Shown here: positions 11,481 to 24,300 of the stretch, piece after piece
Layout of the letters: the number at the start of each line of letters is the position of its first letter
Numbering within the stretch: position 1 is the first letter of the stretch
Origin: Hormiphora californensis
Taxonomy: Eukaryota; Animalia; Ctenophora
Direction of reading: 5' to 3'
Assembly: GCA_020137815.1 (NCBI GenBank)
Contig: CM035356.1
Coordinates: 1 to 64,000, forward strand
DNA length: 64,000 nt
Translations under genes and position numbers: made by a program
The notes under the pieces: model-generated
Told to the model about the DNA's origin: nothing
What the model saw: only the letters and a program-made list of their open reading frames with translations
Database searches by the model: none

Positions 11481-12207
11481 AAACCATGTGTCCTCCCGGT
11501 ACGAAACCATATTGAGGCCAAACGAAAAAAGATAGATTTCTCGTTTTCGCTAGCTGGTAGATCTACTGGATGTGTGTGCATTAGTTGGGGTGAGTTTTTT
11601 GACCATCCTCAGGAACGTCAATTTTTAGATTCTGACCAAACTTCTTTGCCTGAAGACGTATTCTGATCGAAAAACGAAGACTATATCACGGAAAGAGAAT
11701 TATCTGAACTTTCAGATACCATGTATTTAGCAAATTTCTGAAATCGTGTCAAAAGTGTAACTATTAAAATATGTGAAAATAGATATGACGAGATATGGCT
11801 CTTTTCGCAGGCTAAAATCTCATTCAATCGGCTTCTTCATCTATATTATTCCGATGATATTACGTCATCAATTATATAACGTTGTAACGTCGTGACGTCA
11901 AAATGACGTTAAACATGAAACTGTTGCAATTTCGGGATTCAAGCCACTCGTTACCAGTTCTACTTCTGCATCTATATGGATAAAACATCCCAAAAATTAT
12001 GCAAATTATACCAAAACTAATTAAAATTAGTGGGTCGGAAAGGTTACCCTATTATTTAAGCTACCTTTGCCACCGGTAACATTCCCTTTTGAACATAGGC
12101 GAAGCAAAATATACCCTGTCTGTATCCCATGAATGTAAAGGTGGCAAAGGCAGCTAAAATAAAAGGGCAACCTTTCCGACCCACTAATTTTAATTAGTTT
12201 TGGTATA
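11480..12207 (-). mobile_element. Helentron-like element (subfamily B), inverted-repeat end; its hairpin end is probably at 9890, split off by the LINE fragment
   Basis: IR TATACCAAAACTAATT...AATTAGTTTTGGTATA at ~12008-12207; the body is homologous to 59090-59840. Confidence 0.75.
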
Positions 12208-12380
12208 TTGTTTAATGCGTTTTCTATCAACACAATCATCACCCTCCATAGGTCGTTTAGAGTTAAAAGCTTTTTCTGGAGATTTAGACAATCCAAATGA
12301 AGACGATCCAGTTAGCCTGGCCTCCAGTTTATCTATTGCAGGTGTTTCGGTTGCAAAGCTGTCTTTTACACGGGGATACC
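12190..12380 (-). CDS. NASP: NASP terminal exon (GYPRVKD...KRPMEGDDCVDRKRIKQYTKTN*)
   Basis: Acceptor TTCCTTCAG, phase-compatible with exon 6; bipartite NLS-like KR...RKRIK. Confidence 0.75.
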
Positions 12381-15300
12381 CTGAAGGAATCACATTGTTA
12401 TGTACCTGTCAATTGAGGGGCTAAATGTGTATTTTATATTTCCTTTTTCCAATTTTCCCTTTGCCAAATATAAACTGCTGTCTATCCCCACTTATGTGTG
12501 ATTTTAAATGACTCAAATTGTGTAAAAACTACTCAAATTGTGTAAAAACTACGACATCTTTCGACTTCAAATTTTGGGACATGATAAAACATAATTTCTT
12601 ATTTATTCTCCCAGATTTTCAGAAAATTTCCTTGTTCCTGAATGAACTTATTGCCATAAAACCTCCTCCAACTTTACACAGTCATATCTCTGGAGTCTAA
12701 TGAGATAGAGAGTTCAGATTTTTAGGAGAGACAGATAAGACGATTTTGAATGTTTTGTCTGCTTTACGATTTGATAACTTGTACCGTCTGTTCACAGGAA
12801 CTGTTTAAAGTTGTGTAACAAGCCCTAATTAGGCCAAATTTAGGTCATTTTACCCCTCAAAGATCACATGTCCAGCTGCTTCTAGTGGGCCTCTTACACG
12901 AATTCACGTGTTACTGCAAGGATACCGCTCTCCTTTTTCACCTTGACCAAACAGACATTATCATGGTGTCTGGAAGTGATAATAAGCTGTAGGAAACCAG
13001 ACAGATGCTGCTCTCTACTTCAATCACTTCCTCGTTATAAGGTCACGTGACTGGAAAGTGGAATTGGGATCTCGACATCAGACATGATCACAATGTCTAC
13101 AAAGCGTTCTCACTCTCTCTCTCTTTCCCTCTCTCTCTTCCCGCTTTGTAGACATTGCGATCATGTCTGATGTCGAGATCCCAAGTCCAGTCACGTGACC
13201 TTATAACGAGAGAGTGATTGAAGTAGAGAGCAGCATCTGTCTGGTTTCCTACAGCTTGTTACCACTTCCAGACACCATGATCATGTCTGCTTGGTCAAGG
13301 TGAAAAAGTAGAGTGGTATCGATACGTATCCTTGCAGTAACACGTGACGAATTCGTGTAAGAGGCCTCATTAGCCCACTAGAAGCAGCTGGACATGTGAT
13401 CTTTGAAGGGTAAAATGACCTAAATTTAGCCTAATTAGGGCGTGTTACATAACTTTAAACAGTTCCTGTGAACAGACGGTACAAGTTATCAAATCGTAAA
13501 GCAGACAAAACATTCAAAATCGTCTTATCTGTCTCTCCTAAAAATCTGAACTCTCTATCTCATTAGACTCCAGAGATATGACTGTGTAAAGTTGGAGGAG
13601 GTTTTATGGCAATAAGTTCATTCAGGAACAAGGAAATTTTCTGATGTATTATATACTCACCGTTAAGAGATCTGGAAGAAGAGCAATCTAAATTAAAAGC
13701 TGGCCTGGCCTGGACAGTTGGTTTCTTTCTCACTAGGTGTGAGATATTGCTAGCTGCAGGGTTTGCCATGACAGGTATTGCAGTAGTTGTAGCAGTAGTG
13801 GTGGGGTGGAGGGGTGGAATGTCCACTTTGTGCGATGTTCGAAGGGATTCTTTACTGTCCTGAGACATCTTTACTACCTCTGACCGCATCTCAATAAGGG
13901 ACTCCCTTTCCTCGCCCTGTGAAATAAACGTTAACTGAGGCCAACCTCTGACAAAACTTTCCTCTCGTAATTTCTTCGCCAAGAGTTCGGGTTAGGTCTC
14001 TTAAAGTGAGAGTGGACCGACAGAGATTTGGACAACATTGCTGTAGGTACAGTAGAAAATAGTTCTCAGAGCATTTTGCCTTTTTCCCGCTTAAAGTGAG
14101 AGTGGACCGGATCAGAATTGGACAAGTTTGTTGTAGGTAATAGAGATTATCTTTCTGAGCATTTTGTGTTTTTGCCGCTCAAAATCGACCCACCCATCAC
14201 TGAGACATTTTTGTTATGTTGGGAGAATTCTTGCTGGATCAATATTTAACAAACAGGATAGAAACAATCCTTGTGTTTTACTAACATATTCTTTAAATTT
14301 TTCACGATTGTTTCTGTTCTGTTTTATACATACTGATTAAACAGGAGTTCTCCCAACATAACAAAAATATCTCAGTGATGGGTGGGTCGATTTTGAGCGG
14401 CAAAAACGCAAAATTCTCAGAAAGCTAATCTCTACTACCTACAACAAACTTGTCCGGTTCTGATTCGGTCCACTCTCACTTTAAAATTGACAACTCCATC
14501 ACGGAGATATTTTTGTTATAACGGGAGAATGACATCACCAATCTATCTCTAGCTGTATTCTGTATGCATGTGCACTGTGCACCCAGGCATGACCGATGCG
14601 CTGCCTACAGAGAGAATGCAGAGAAAAATTCACCCGTTGTATAAAAAATATCTCCGTGATCGAGGGGCCAATTTTAAGCGGTCCGAAAAAGGCAAAATGC
14701 TCAATTTAATTGTCAGATTACGTGACCCTGTTTTTTAAACCTCCGGCCGGCTCGCTGAGCCGCACCGGGCCGAAGCGAGGGTTACGAAAGTAATAACAAA
14801 TTAACTATTCTCTACTATGTACCTACAAAAATTTTGTCTAATTCTGTGTCGGTCTAATCTTAATTTTAAAGAAATATTATCCCTTAAATTATGGGAGGGG
14901 GCTAAATGACCCAGAATGATAATTTAAACATATTTTGACATACAGTCGGACCCCGATTTAGTGGCACCCCGATTTAGTGGCACCCCGATTTAGTGGCAGG
15001 ATTTTTTCCCCCAAAAATTTTTTTGAATTTTTTTTGTGAAATTTTTTTGAAGCTTTTTCAAAGGAATACCAGTGACGTTCGAATCGTGTTTCGAATCAGT
15101 GAATATTATCGCATATCCTGCTGCTAATTAGACGGTTCGGAACGAACCGATACGTGATCCCCATGGGGCCATTGAATCATAAGTTCACCGAGCGTCAAAA
15201 TTTCGATTCGATGGGGATCACGTTTCGATTCGCTCCGAACCGTCTAATTAGCAGCAGGACATGCGATAAGATGCACCGATTCGAAACACGATTCGGAGGT

Positions 15301-18300
15301 GCCTGGTATACCTTTAAAAATTTAAAAAATTTTTTTGCAAAATTTTACAGTATGATTGTCAATGCTTTGATCGGTGCTCCCCATAAATTTTGAGAGAAAA
15401 AGTTATTTTGAAATTTTGATACTTCCTTACCCGCTTAGGGTGCCCCGATTCGGCAAGGTATCACGTATCGGTTCGTTTCGAACCCGCTAATTAGACAGGA
15501 CATCCAGGAAGCTGCACCGATTCGAAACACAAATCGGACGGGCTGGTATAACTTAGAAAATCTTTAATAATAATAATAATAAAGGGTTTTTAGTATACCG
15601 CTCAGTCCAGACAGGGCTGGATCATTGACATGAGTCCAACACTGCCCAGATTCAGAGCGGTACACAATTTTTTTGAAAAAGTTGTTTTATAGTTTTCTAT
15701 TTCTAATAAGAAATGATCATGTCATTAATACATTAATATTGCATATAACAGAAAGAGGTGTCTTTAGTCTTAGTACAGTCGGACCCCGATTTAACGGCAC
15801 CCTCGGGGGAAAGGGTTTTGTCCGTTAAATCGGGGTGTCCGTTAAATCGGGGTAGAGCATATTTGGCCCATAAAACCCTATTTTTGTCCAAAATAATATA
15901 CTAAAACACCTCTAAGTAAATGCAATGTCGGATTTCCATGTATTGATTACATGATCATTTCTGATTAGAAAAAGAAAATAATTTTTAAAATTTTAAAAAA
16001 ATTTATAAAAATTTTCTAAGGTACATGTACTGGTATATCAACCACGTCCGAATCGTATATCGAATCAGTGCATCTTATCGCATGTCTTGCTGCTAATTAG
16101 ACGGTTCGAAACGAACCGATACGTGATACCATAACGAATCGGGGCACTATAAGCGGGGTGAGGAAGAATTCAAAATATCTTTTTCTCTGAAAATTCATGG
16201 GGAGCATCGATCAAAGCATTGACAATCATTCTGTAAAATTTTTCAAAAAAAAAATTTTCAAAGATATATCAACCACGTCCGAATCGTGTTTCGAATCAGT
16301 GCATCTTATCGCACGTCCTGTCGCTAATTAGACGGTTCGAAACGAACCGATACGTGATCCCCATGGGGCCAGTTTAACAAGCGTCAAAATTGCGACTCGA
16401 TGGGCCTCATGGGGATCACATATCTGTTCGTTTCGAACCGTCTAATTACGGGTAAGACATGCAATAAGATGCACCGATTCGAAACACGATTCGGACGTGG
16501 TTGAAACACCTTTGAAAAATTTTTTAAAAATTTCCAAAAAATTTTCAAAAAATTTTCAAAAATTTGTTGGGGGAAATTTATCCTACCGTTAAAGTGAGAG
16601 AGAACAGCAGGGATTTTCACAAAAAGTTATCTGGATACTCCTTGATGGCTAACTAAAACTTTAGTGAAAACCGCATGTCTCTAGCATGTTTTTGAAAATT
16701 GAGCTAACACATGCGAGACGCACTATAATGGGCCCATAATGGGCGTAACTACATATACAATATGAATTTACGCCCATTATAGGCCCATAATGGTGCGTCT
16801 CGCATGTGTTAGCTCGATTTTCAAAAACATGCTAGAGATGTATGCGGTTTTCACTAAAGTTTTAGTTAGCCATCAAGGAGTATCCAGATAAATTTTTGTG
16901 AAAATCCCTGCTGTTCTCTCTCACTTTAAATCGGGGTGCCGCTAAATCGGGGGCCGTTAAATCGGGGTCCGACTGTATAGCATTTTGGGCATAAAATAGG
17001 GTTTTATGGGCCAAATATGGCTCTCCCCGATTTAGTGGCAGGATTTTTTCCCCCCGAGGATGCCACTAAATCGGGGTCTGACTATATTTGGAGGCCCTGA
17101 GACCAGCGGGTGGCCAAATTTAATGCGGTTTCGGGTCGGCTGACGTAAAAACTCCGCGTTTTGGTAGAGATAAACCAAAACCATAACCATAGATATTTTT
17201 AGAGTGAAAGTTTTGAAGCCCCCTGAAGTAGTAGAGGTGTTCTATAGCTCGTTGGAAAGGTCTCGAGGTCCTGCGACGTATAGGGGATGTGGTGATGGCC
17301 ATACCCAAACCTATAAGGGGTAGGACGCGAAAAACAGTCAAAATAAGGGGTATACAGAACTCGGCAATTAGAAGGAGTAGAAAAGTGTTCTAGGGTGCAT
17401 TCGAAAGCTCTCGAGGTCCTAAAGTAATTGGAATGTAATTGGAAGTAATTACATGTAATTAAAATGTAATTACATGAAATAAAGGGTAATTACATGTAAT
17501 TAAAAGGTCTAAATGACCCCAAATGACAATTCAGACATACTTTGACATATTTGGAGGCCCTGAGACCAGCGGGTGGCAAAATTTAATCAGGTTTCGGGTC
17601 GGCTGGCGTAAAAACTCCACGTTTTGGTCGAGATATTATATAAATTATGTTAACCTTGGAGAAATATTCGAGAATATGAAGAATAATTCAAGGCCACATA
17701 TATGTGGCCTTCAATTATTGTTGTATATTTTATTAGACCCCGATTTAGTGGCACCCCGATTTAAGGACAGGATTTTTTTCCCCCGATATAGGAAATTAAC
17801 CTTATTTGACCCCGATTTAGTGGACACCCTGGGGTCCGACTGTACTAGGATTTTCAATTCTTGGGTCTGAGCGTGTATACAAGTGTGGTTATACCTGTTC
17901 CTTGTTGATTTGTGATGACATAAGTTCAATACATTTGTCAAAGTATCCCACTGCATCACTATATATCTGGTTTAGGTTAGCTGAAAGTCCCATCATGTAG
18001 TACGCAGAACTTATATTCCTGTAGATGAAAGAGTTCATTTTAAAGTGAGAGTGGATCGACACAAAATTTGACAAGGTTGTTGTAGGTAGTAGAGATTATT
18101 TTTCTGAGCATTTTGCTTTTTTCCCGCTTAAAATTGACCCCTCCATCCCTGAGAAGTGAGATACTTTTGTTATGTTGGGAGCATGACGTCATGCATCTAT
18201 CTCTTGTATTCTGTATGTGTGCACGCCCGGGCATTTTCAATGTACTGCCTATAGATGCGTGACATGTTAAACATGTTGATGCCCTGTAAAAAGCTCAGAA

Positions 18301-21300
18301 AATTGTTTTTTGAAATTTTTTTCAAAAACTAAAATGGGTAGGAACCTTCAGCCCCCCCCTCCCCAGTTGGTGACCCAAGACAAGAAAAGACCTGACAAAG
18401 ACGATTTGATATCAAAATCTAAGCTCTAAAGTCGAATTTTTTAATCAAGGGACAGGGGGCCACGCATTCAGAGGTGTCGTGCGGCTTTGTATTTGCGTGT
18501 GATAATCGAGATCAGGTTCCTGGCAATCTTAAGACTTGAACCCGGAAGCGTTGGAAAGATTGTAAATGCGCAGCCCCTGTCCCTTGATTAAAAAATTCGA
18601 TTATAAGCTGTCAGAGCATTGACCTGACCCTATTCTCAGGCTGTGGTCACAACATTGGCCTGACAGGCCCTAAGACATCAATTTCTGGTAGCTACTGATG
18701 ACGTCATAATTAACATAATCATGAATAGCCTGACACTGTAGCTGTCATCCCTACTATAGTGATTAGTGGTAAATAGTGGTAAATGCTTTAGCGATGAGCT
18801 TTTTCAGACACTGTCTGAGACAGTGGCTTCGGATTACGTCCCTGACATTGTAAGCGACAACGATAACGTATAAATACGGCGTTATATTTCTTCTATAGAC
18901 AGGACTTCGTAGTAGCTAGAGACACACCCCTGGTAGCCAGAGTTGTATACAACTGTGGCTAATAGCCAGAGTTGTAATAGCCAGAGTTTTCAGTTCTTGC
19001 TCTCTCCCCTTGCATTTTGCAACACTTTTCGCTGCTCTCATTGTACTACCTAGTTACACGCTCCCCTGTACTGCACAGTGCACGCAAATATAGTGAACTT
19101 GTGATCTGAAGGGGTATGGCAGGTGCTGGAAACATCAATCAGAGACCCAGCTAGAGCTCCCCCAACACCCAAGGGAGCTATTTATGATCTGTTTGCTTCT
19201 GATTCTCCACTCATCACAAGTAAGGCGCAGTTGAAGCAGAAGATTACTACAATCGACCTGCATGACGTGGTTCTTGCTTTGCACTCAACACACACTCCAA
19301 TTTGGATTAGTGACCCAACTCAGAACAAGGTTTGTGAACTGAGCAACAAGTAGTGGAGTTGAAGAAGGATGTGGAGGTTCTCAAAGAGAAGATAGCTGTG
19401 CACACACCACCTCCCCAGCAGGATCCGCATCTAGAGGATCGTGTTTTGGCCCAGGAAGCCTATTCTGGTAGGAATACTATCATTCTTGCCGAACTGCCGG
19501 AGGAGGATTCAGAGACACCGGCATCTCTCCAGGACACAGTTGTCCAGTTCTTTCAGAAGGAGGATCCCAGTTTCTCTCCCCAGGACATCGGGATTGTGCA
19601 CAGAAATGGAGTGAGGAAATCCAAAACCCGTTCTGTTACAGTTGTTATGACCAGAGCTTCCAAGAAGGATGCTCTAATGAAGAAGGAAAGCCGCCAAAGA
19701 TTCAAGGAGAGGGACAATTTGAGGCTTTTTCATCGAATGAGTGACGGTTTGAGAAAGAGAAAGGTAGAGCTCGAGAAACTACCTAATGTCAATTGGGTAG
19801 CTTTCTCTGGACATAGACTGTTCACGTTGAGCATTAAAACAGAGAGAGGTGATGTGTTTCGTAAAAATGTTCTTAGCACATACGACATACAAAACAAAAC
19901 TGCAACAAGTGAGAACTGAGCTGTAGTGACAGTGTTTTATTTCTTGTTCCTATCCCCTCCCCTCTTACTATGATGTGAGATTGGAGAGTGTAGTGTTCTG
20001 GAATTTTCATTATTCGGTTTCTCCTTGCTGTTGTGTTGGAATGTTGTTGTGTGTGGGAACTATGTGTGCAGTATTATTTCATATGTGTGACGTCACTAGT
20101 AGTGTGACACTAACCCCTACCTGTTATACACTATGTGTATCTTAAAGTGAGAGTGGACCGGATCAGAATTGGACAAGTTTGTTGTAGGTAGTAGAGATTA
20201 GCTTTCTGAGCATTTTGCATTTTTGCCGCTCAAAATCGACCCACCCATCACTGAGATATCTTTGTAGTTGGGAGAATTCCTGCTGGATCATATTTATCAA
20301 ACAGGATAGAAACAATCCTTGTGTTTTACTAACACATTCTTTAAATGTTAATATTCTGGCTTGCCTTGCCCTGTTCTGTGCATGGACATGTCAACCTCAC
20401 TGCTTATATTCAGAATGTGTTTGTAAAACACCACGATTGTTTCTATTCTGTTTTATACATACTGATTAAACAGGAGTTCTCCCAACATAACAAAAATATC
20501 TCTGTGATGGGTGGGTCGATTTTGAGCGGCAAAAACGCAAAATGCTCAGAAAGCTAATCTCTACTACCTACAACAAACTTGTTCAATTCTGATTCGGTCC
20601 ACTCTCACTTTAACCCCTTTAACTCTTTTTGTGATTTCTAACCTCCATTTTCGATATATATATTCTCTTGTTGACCTAACCTAACATTGTACTAACACCT
20701 GCCATACCTCTCCCACCACTGCAATATGTCATGAACTTAGTACGGGTGTTTCTGGCGACGATGAGGAGGGAGGAGGAGGAGGATGGTCTGCTGCTACCGC
20801 TGCTGCTGGGTCTACTGGGTGCAGTAGTTGTACAACCTCTACCCCTTTCTCTCTATACGCTTAACCTCTATCTCTTAGTCATTTGTAATTGTTCTATACG
20901 TAATCCTGGCCCTCGTGGACTCAAAGTGCTATATAATAATGTCCAGGGGCTAATTAGTCCCGGTCATCTCAACTCGGCATCTCCCGCCGCTGACATGACC
21001 AAAATCTATGAGATCCAGGATTATGTGTACGACAACTCAATTGACATAGTCATTCTCAATGAAAGCTGGCTCAAGAGCAAGGTTTCATCTACTTCTATCT
21101 TCCCACTAATTATAAAGTATTTAGGTTAGATCGTTCCGGGCACACTCACCCCCGTGATCCCTCAAACCCATCAAGGTTCAGGGAGCACGGTGGTGGTGTG
21201 CTCATTGCTCACCGGGAGAACATTAATATTTCCAGTTTTAAATTCTCTAAACCCAATTCGAAGGCAGAGCTCCTGACCATTTTTCTTACTCTCTCCTCTG

Positions 21301-24300
21301 GTAGGAAGCTCTGCCTTTCTACCTTCTACCGTGTGGGCACGCTTGGTGATGTTACTTGCCGAGTTCAACAGCACTTCGACTGCCTGTTCGTCGAGAAACA
21401 TCACCAAACATATTCTTATCGGGGACTTTAATTTCCCCCTGTTAATTGGCCTACTTCTTATCCTCGTAATCGTGTAGAGGAGCTATATCTTATCCTATCT
21501 CTTGAGTGACCTTGGTCACACCCAGCTTATTAGCTCCCCTACACATTGCAAAGGACGTACACTTGATCTAATGTTTACTAATGATCCGCGTGTGTCATTG
21601 ATATCAATGTTCTTGATCAGCATAGTTTCTGTTTAGTGATCACTTCCCCAGTGTCATTTACGATAAATATTGATGTCGGTGACCACTCGTCAGGCTCGTA
21701 GAAAGATTAGACTATACGACAAAGGGGACTATGAGAACATGTCGGCTGATCTTAGTCTTCATTGACTGGGCGGCTGAATTCAGTGGTGATATCAACTATA
21801 TGTAATAGATTTAACACCATTTTGTACAGTCTCCTAGACAAGCATGTACCTTCCAGCTGTCAAGCCTATTCTTCTTCCATCTGGTACGATCATGAATGTG
21901 AGAGTGCTAGAGTGAGAAAGGAGAATCTTAGAAATAGGTGGAAGGAATCTAAATCTCCGACCGACTATGACAATTACAAAGCTGCTAGAAGTCATTTCAA
22001 GAATGTGTGAACTCTAGTTCTAGGTTGTACTGCGATGTTGATGATTGTGACGTAGTTAGTAGGAAATTTTGGAGACAAGTCAAAGTTACTTCCAAGTCGA
22101 CTAGGATACCTCCCATTGTAACAATGGCGAGGTGTTCAGGTCCGATTTGGAGGATCAGCCAACCTTTTTCAATCAGCACTTTGCCTCCAATTTTTTCCGA
22201 ACCAAGCAGCTACGACATTGATGTAACAGTAATAACACACCGTTGTTTGTGATTTCTCAGCTAGCTCTGTGTACAACGTCCTTATCAAACTCAATGCTCG
22301 TAGGGACCTGGTCCCGATGATCTTCATAGTATTATTTTCAAGAGATGTGCGGGATCCCTGGCACACCCGCTTTCTTTACTTTTTGGACAGGCATACAGCG
22401 GCGGTGGACTTCCGGCTATCTGGAAGTCTGCCAATGTTGTCCCTGTCCATAAGTCTGGGATAAGAGGGATGTCAGGAATTACCGCCCTATTTCTTTGACT
22501 TGCATTGCGAGTAAGTTTATGAAAGAATTGTCACACAACGTATACTTGACCACTGCTATGACAAAATTGACAGTCGACAACATGGTTTCTTGCCTGGGAG
22601 GTCCTGCTTGACCCAGCTAGTCTCTGTATTTGACGAACCTAGTTCTAACCGACAATGACAAACGTACTTCAGACCTTATATATTTTGATTTTGTAAAGCT
22701 TTTGATTCCGTAATCATGATTTCAATTTTGTACAAACTTAAACATACTTTTAATATTGATGGCAATATGCTTGCTTTTATTCGTAATTACCTCTGTGATC
22801 GCACCCAGAGAGTGGTTGTTGGGGAAATTCTCTTCTAGCCTCCAAGTACTATCTGGTGTCCACAGGGCAGTTATTTAGTCCCTTATTATTTGTTTTATTT
22901 ATTAATGATATCACTGAATGTGTGCATGGTGAGTGTAAGATGGCCTTGTATGCTGATGATCTGAAACTCTGGGCTAAGATCGCTAGTATGCAGGATCACA
23001 TTGACATGCAGGTATCTGTGAACAATCTTCATCAATGGTCAATCATGAACAAAATGATTTTCATCCGAATAAATGCAAAGTTGTTTCTACCCGCTCAGCC
23101 AGGTGTGAGGCTACTTGGGGCCAGCTCCCTTGCTTCCTCCACTCTTATGTCCTTGGTGATGTTGTCCTTGACAATGTTACTGTTCAAAGGGACCTGGGTG
23201 TGTTAGTCATAACAAGCTTTCATGGATGACCAACCAACACATTCTTCAGCAATTCACAGACAGATTTAACTTAGTTCGCGCGTACTACTCATTTCATCAA
23301 CAACACTAACCAGCGCCGTATCCTTTTCCTCACTCTGGTACGATCACTACTCGAGCATTGTTCCCCCGTGGGCTCCCCAATCGGTAGGTTTACTTGATTC
23401 GTTAGAAGCTGCTCAGAAGAGGTCTATCAAGTGGGTACTAGGTGTCTCTCATCTCACTACTGTGAGTGATCAAACTTACCACCAGCCACCTTTCTACCCT
23501 GAGTATTCTACCTTCCCACCTTCAACTCAAGTACAATGACATGAACTTATGTATAAGGTTATGACTGGTTTAGTACCTGTGATACTTCCAAATTACCTGT
23601 ATATCAAGTCTCTCGACGATGTTTCCTACACTACTAGATCCAATAAGGATATCATTGACAACACCGACTTTACTACTTTATGCTGTACTGTCAAACCTTC
23701 TAGTGCTGTTTTCCGGAACAGCTATTTCTATCGTTCTTTTTTTTGAGCCATTTATTATCTTTACCCCTTTGCACGGGGAAGGCAAGGGGGTCAGGGCTTG
23801 AGGAGTGTGGACAGCGATCCCAGCATTGTAAGCTTTGCGGCCTCGCTCCTGCGGTGATGTTTTGAGCAAGCCAGCTGAGCAGAGAGTGCTCATCGTGGAC
23901 TAGGTGGGAGGAAGGTAGGGGAAGGAGAGGAGAGCGAAGCGAAGGAAGGTGAGAGTCTGTTCTTAGTTTCCCTCACGCTATTCAACTGAGGACTCTTTTG
24001 ATCCACTATCCTATTGCGTACGAGCCCTCGTTCGTGGCCTGCGTGGTCATTTGATTCGCGTGCTTTCGGCTTGTCCCCCACAGGAAACCAAGGCGCTCGA
24101 GCAGCCAGCGTTTGTCACTTAGCGTTAAGGAGTCTCGAGTGCCAGCAGAGCCTTTTGTATCTATCCTTCATCTCTTTTGTTTTCTTCCTCTCTCTTGTGG
24201 CAGGCGCGACGGCCTGGGGTCGGAACAGTGAGGGATGATCCTACTGGAGCACATCGCGTTTCCTCGTGCGGATCCGAGAAGGTAGCACTTTGACTGGCCG

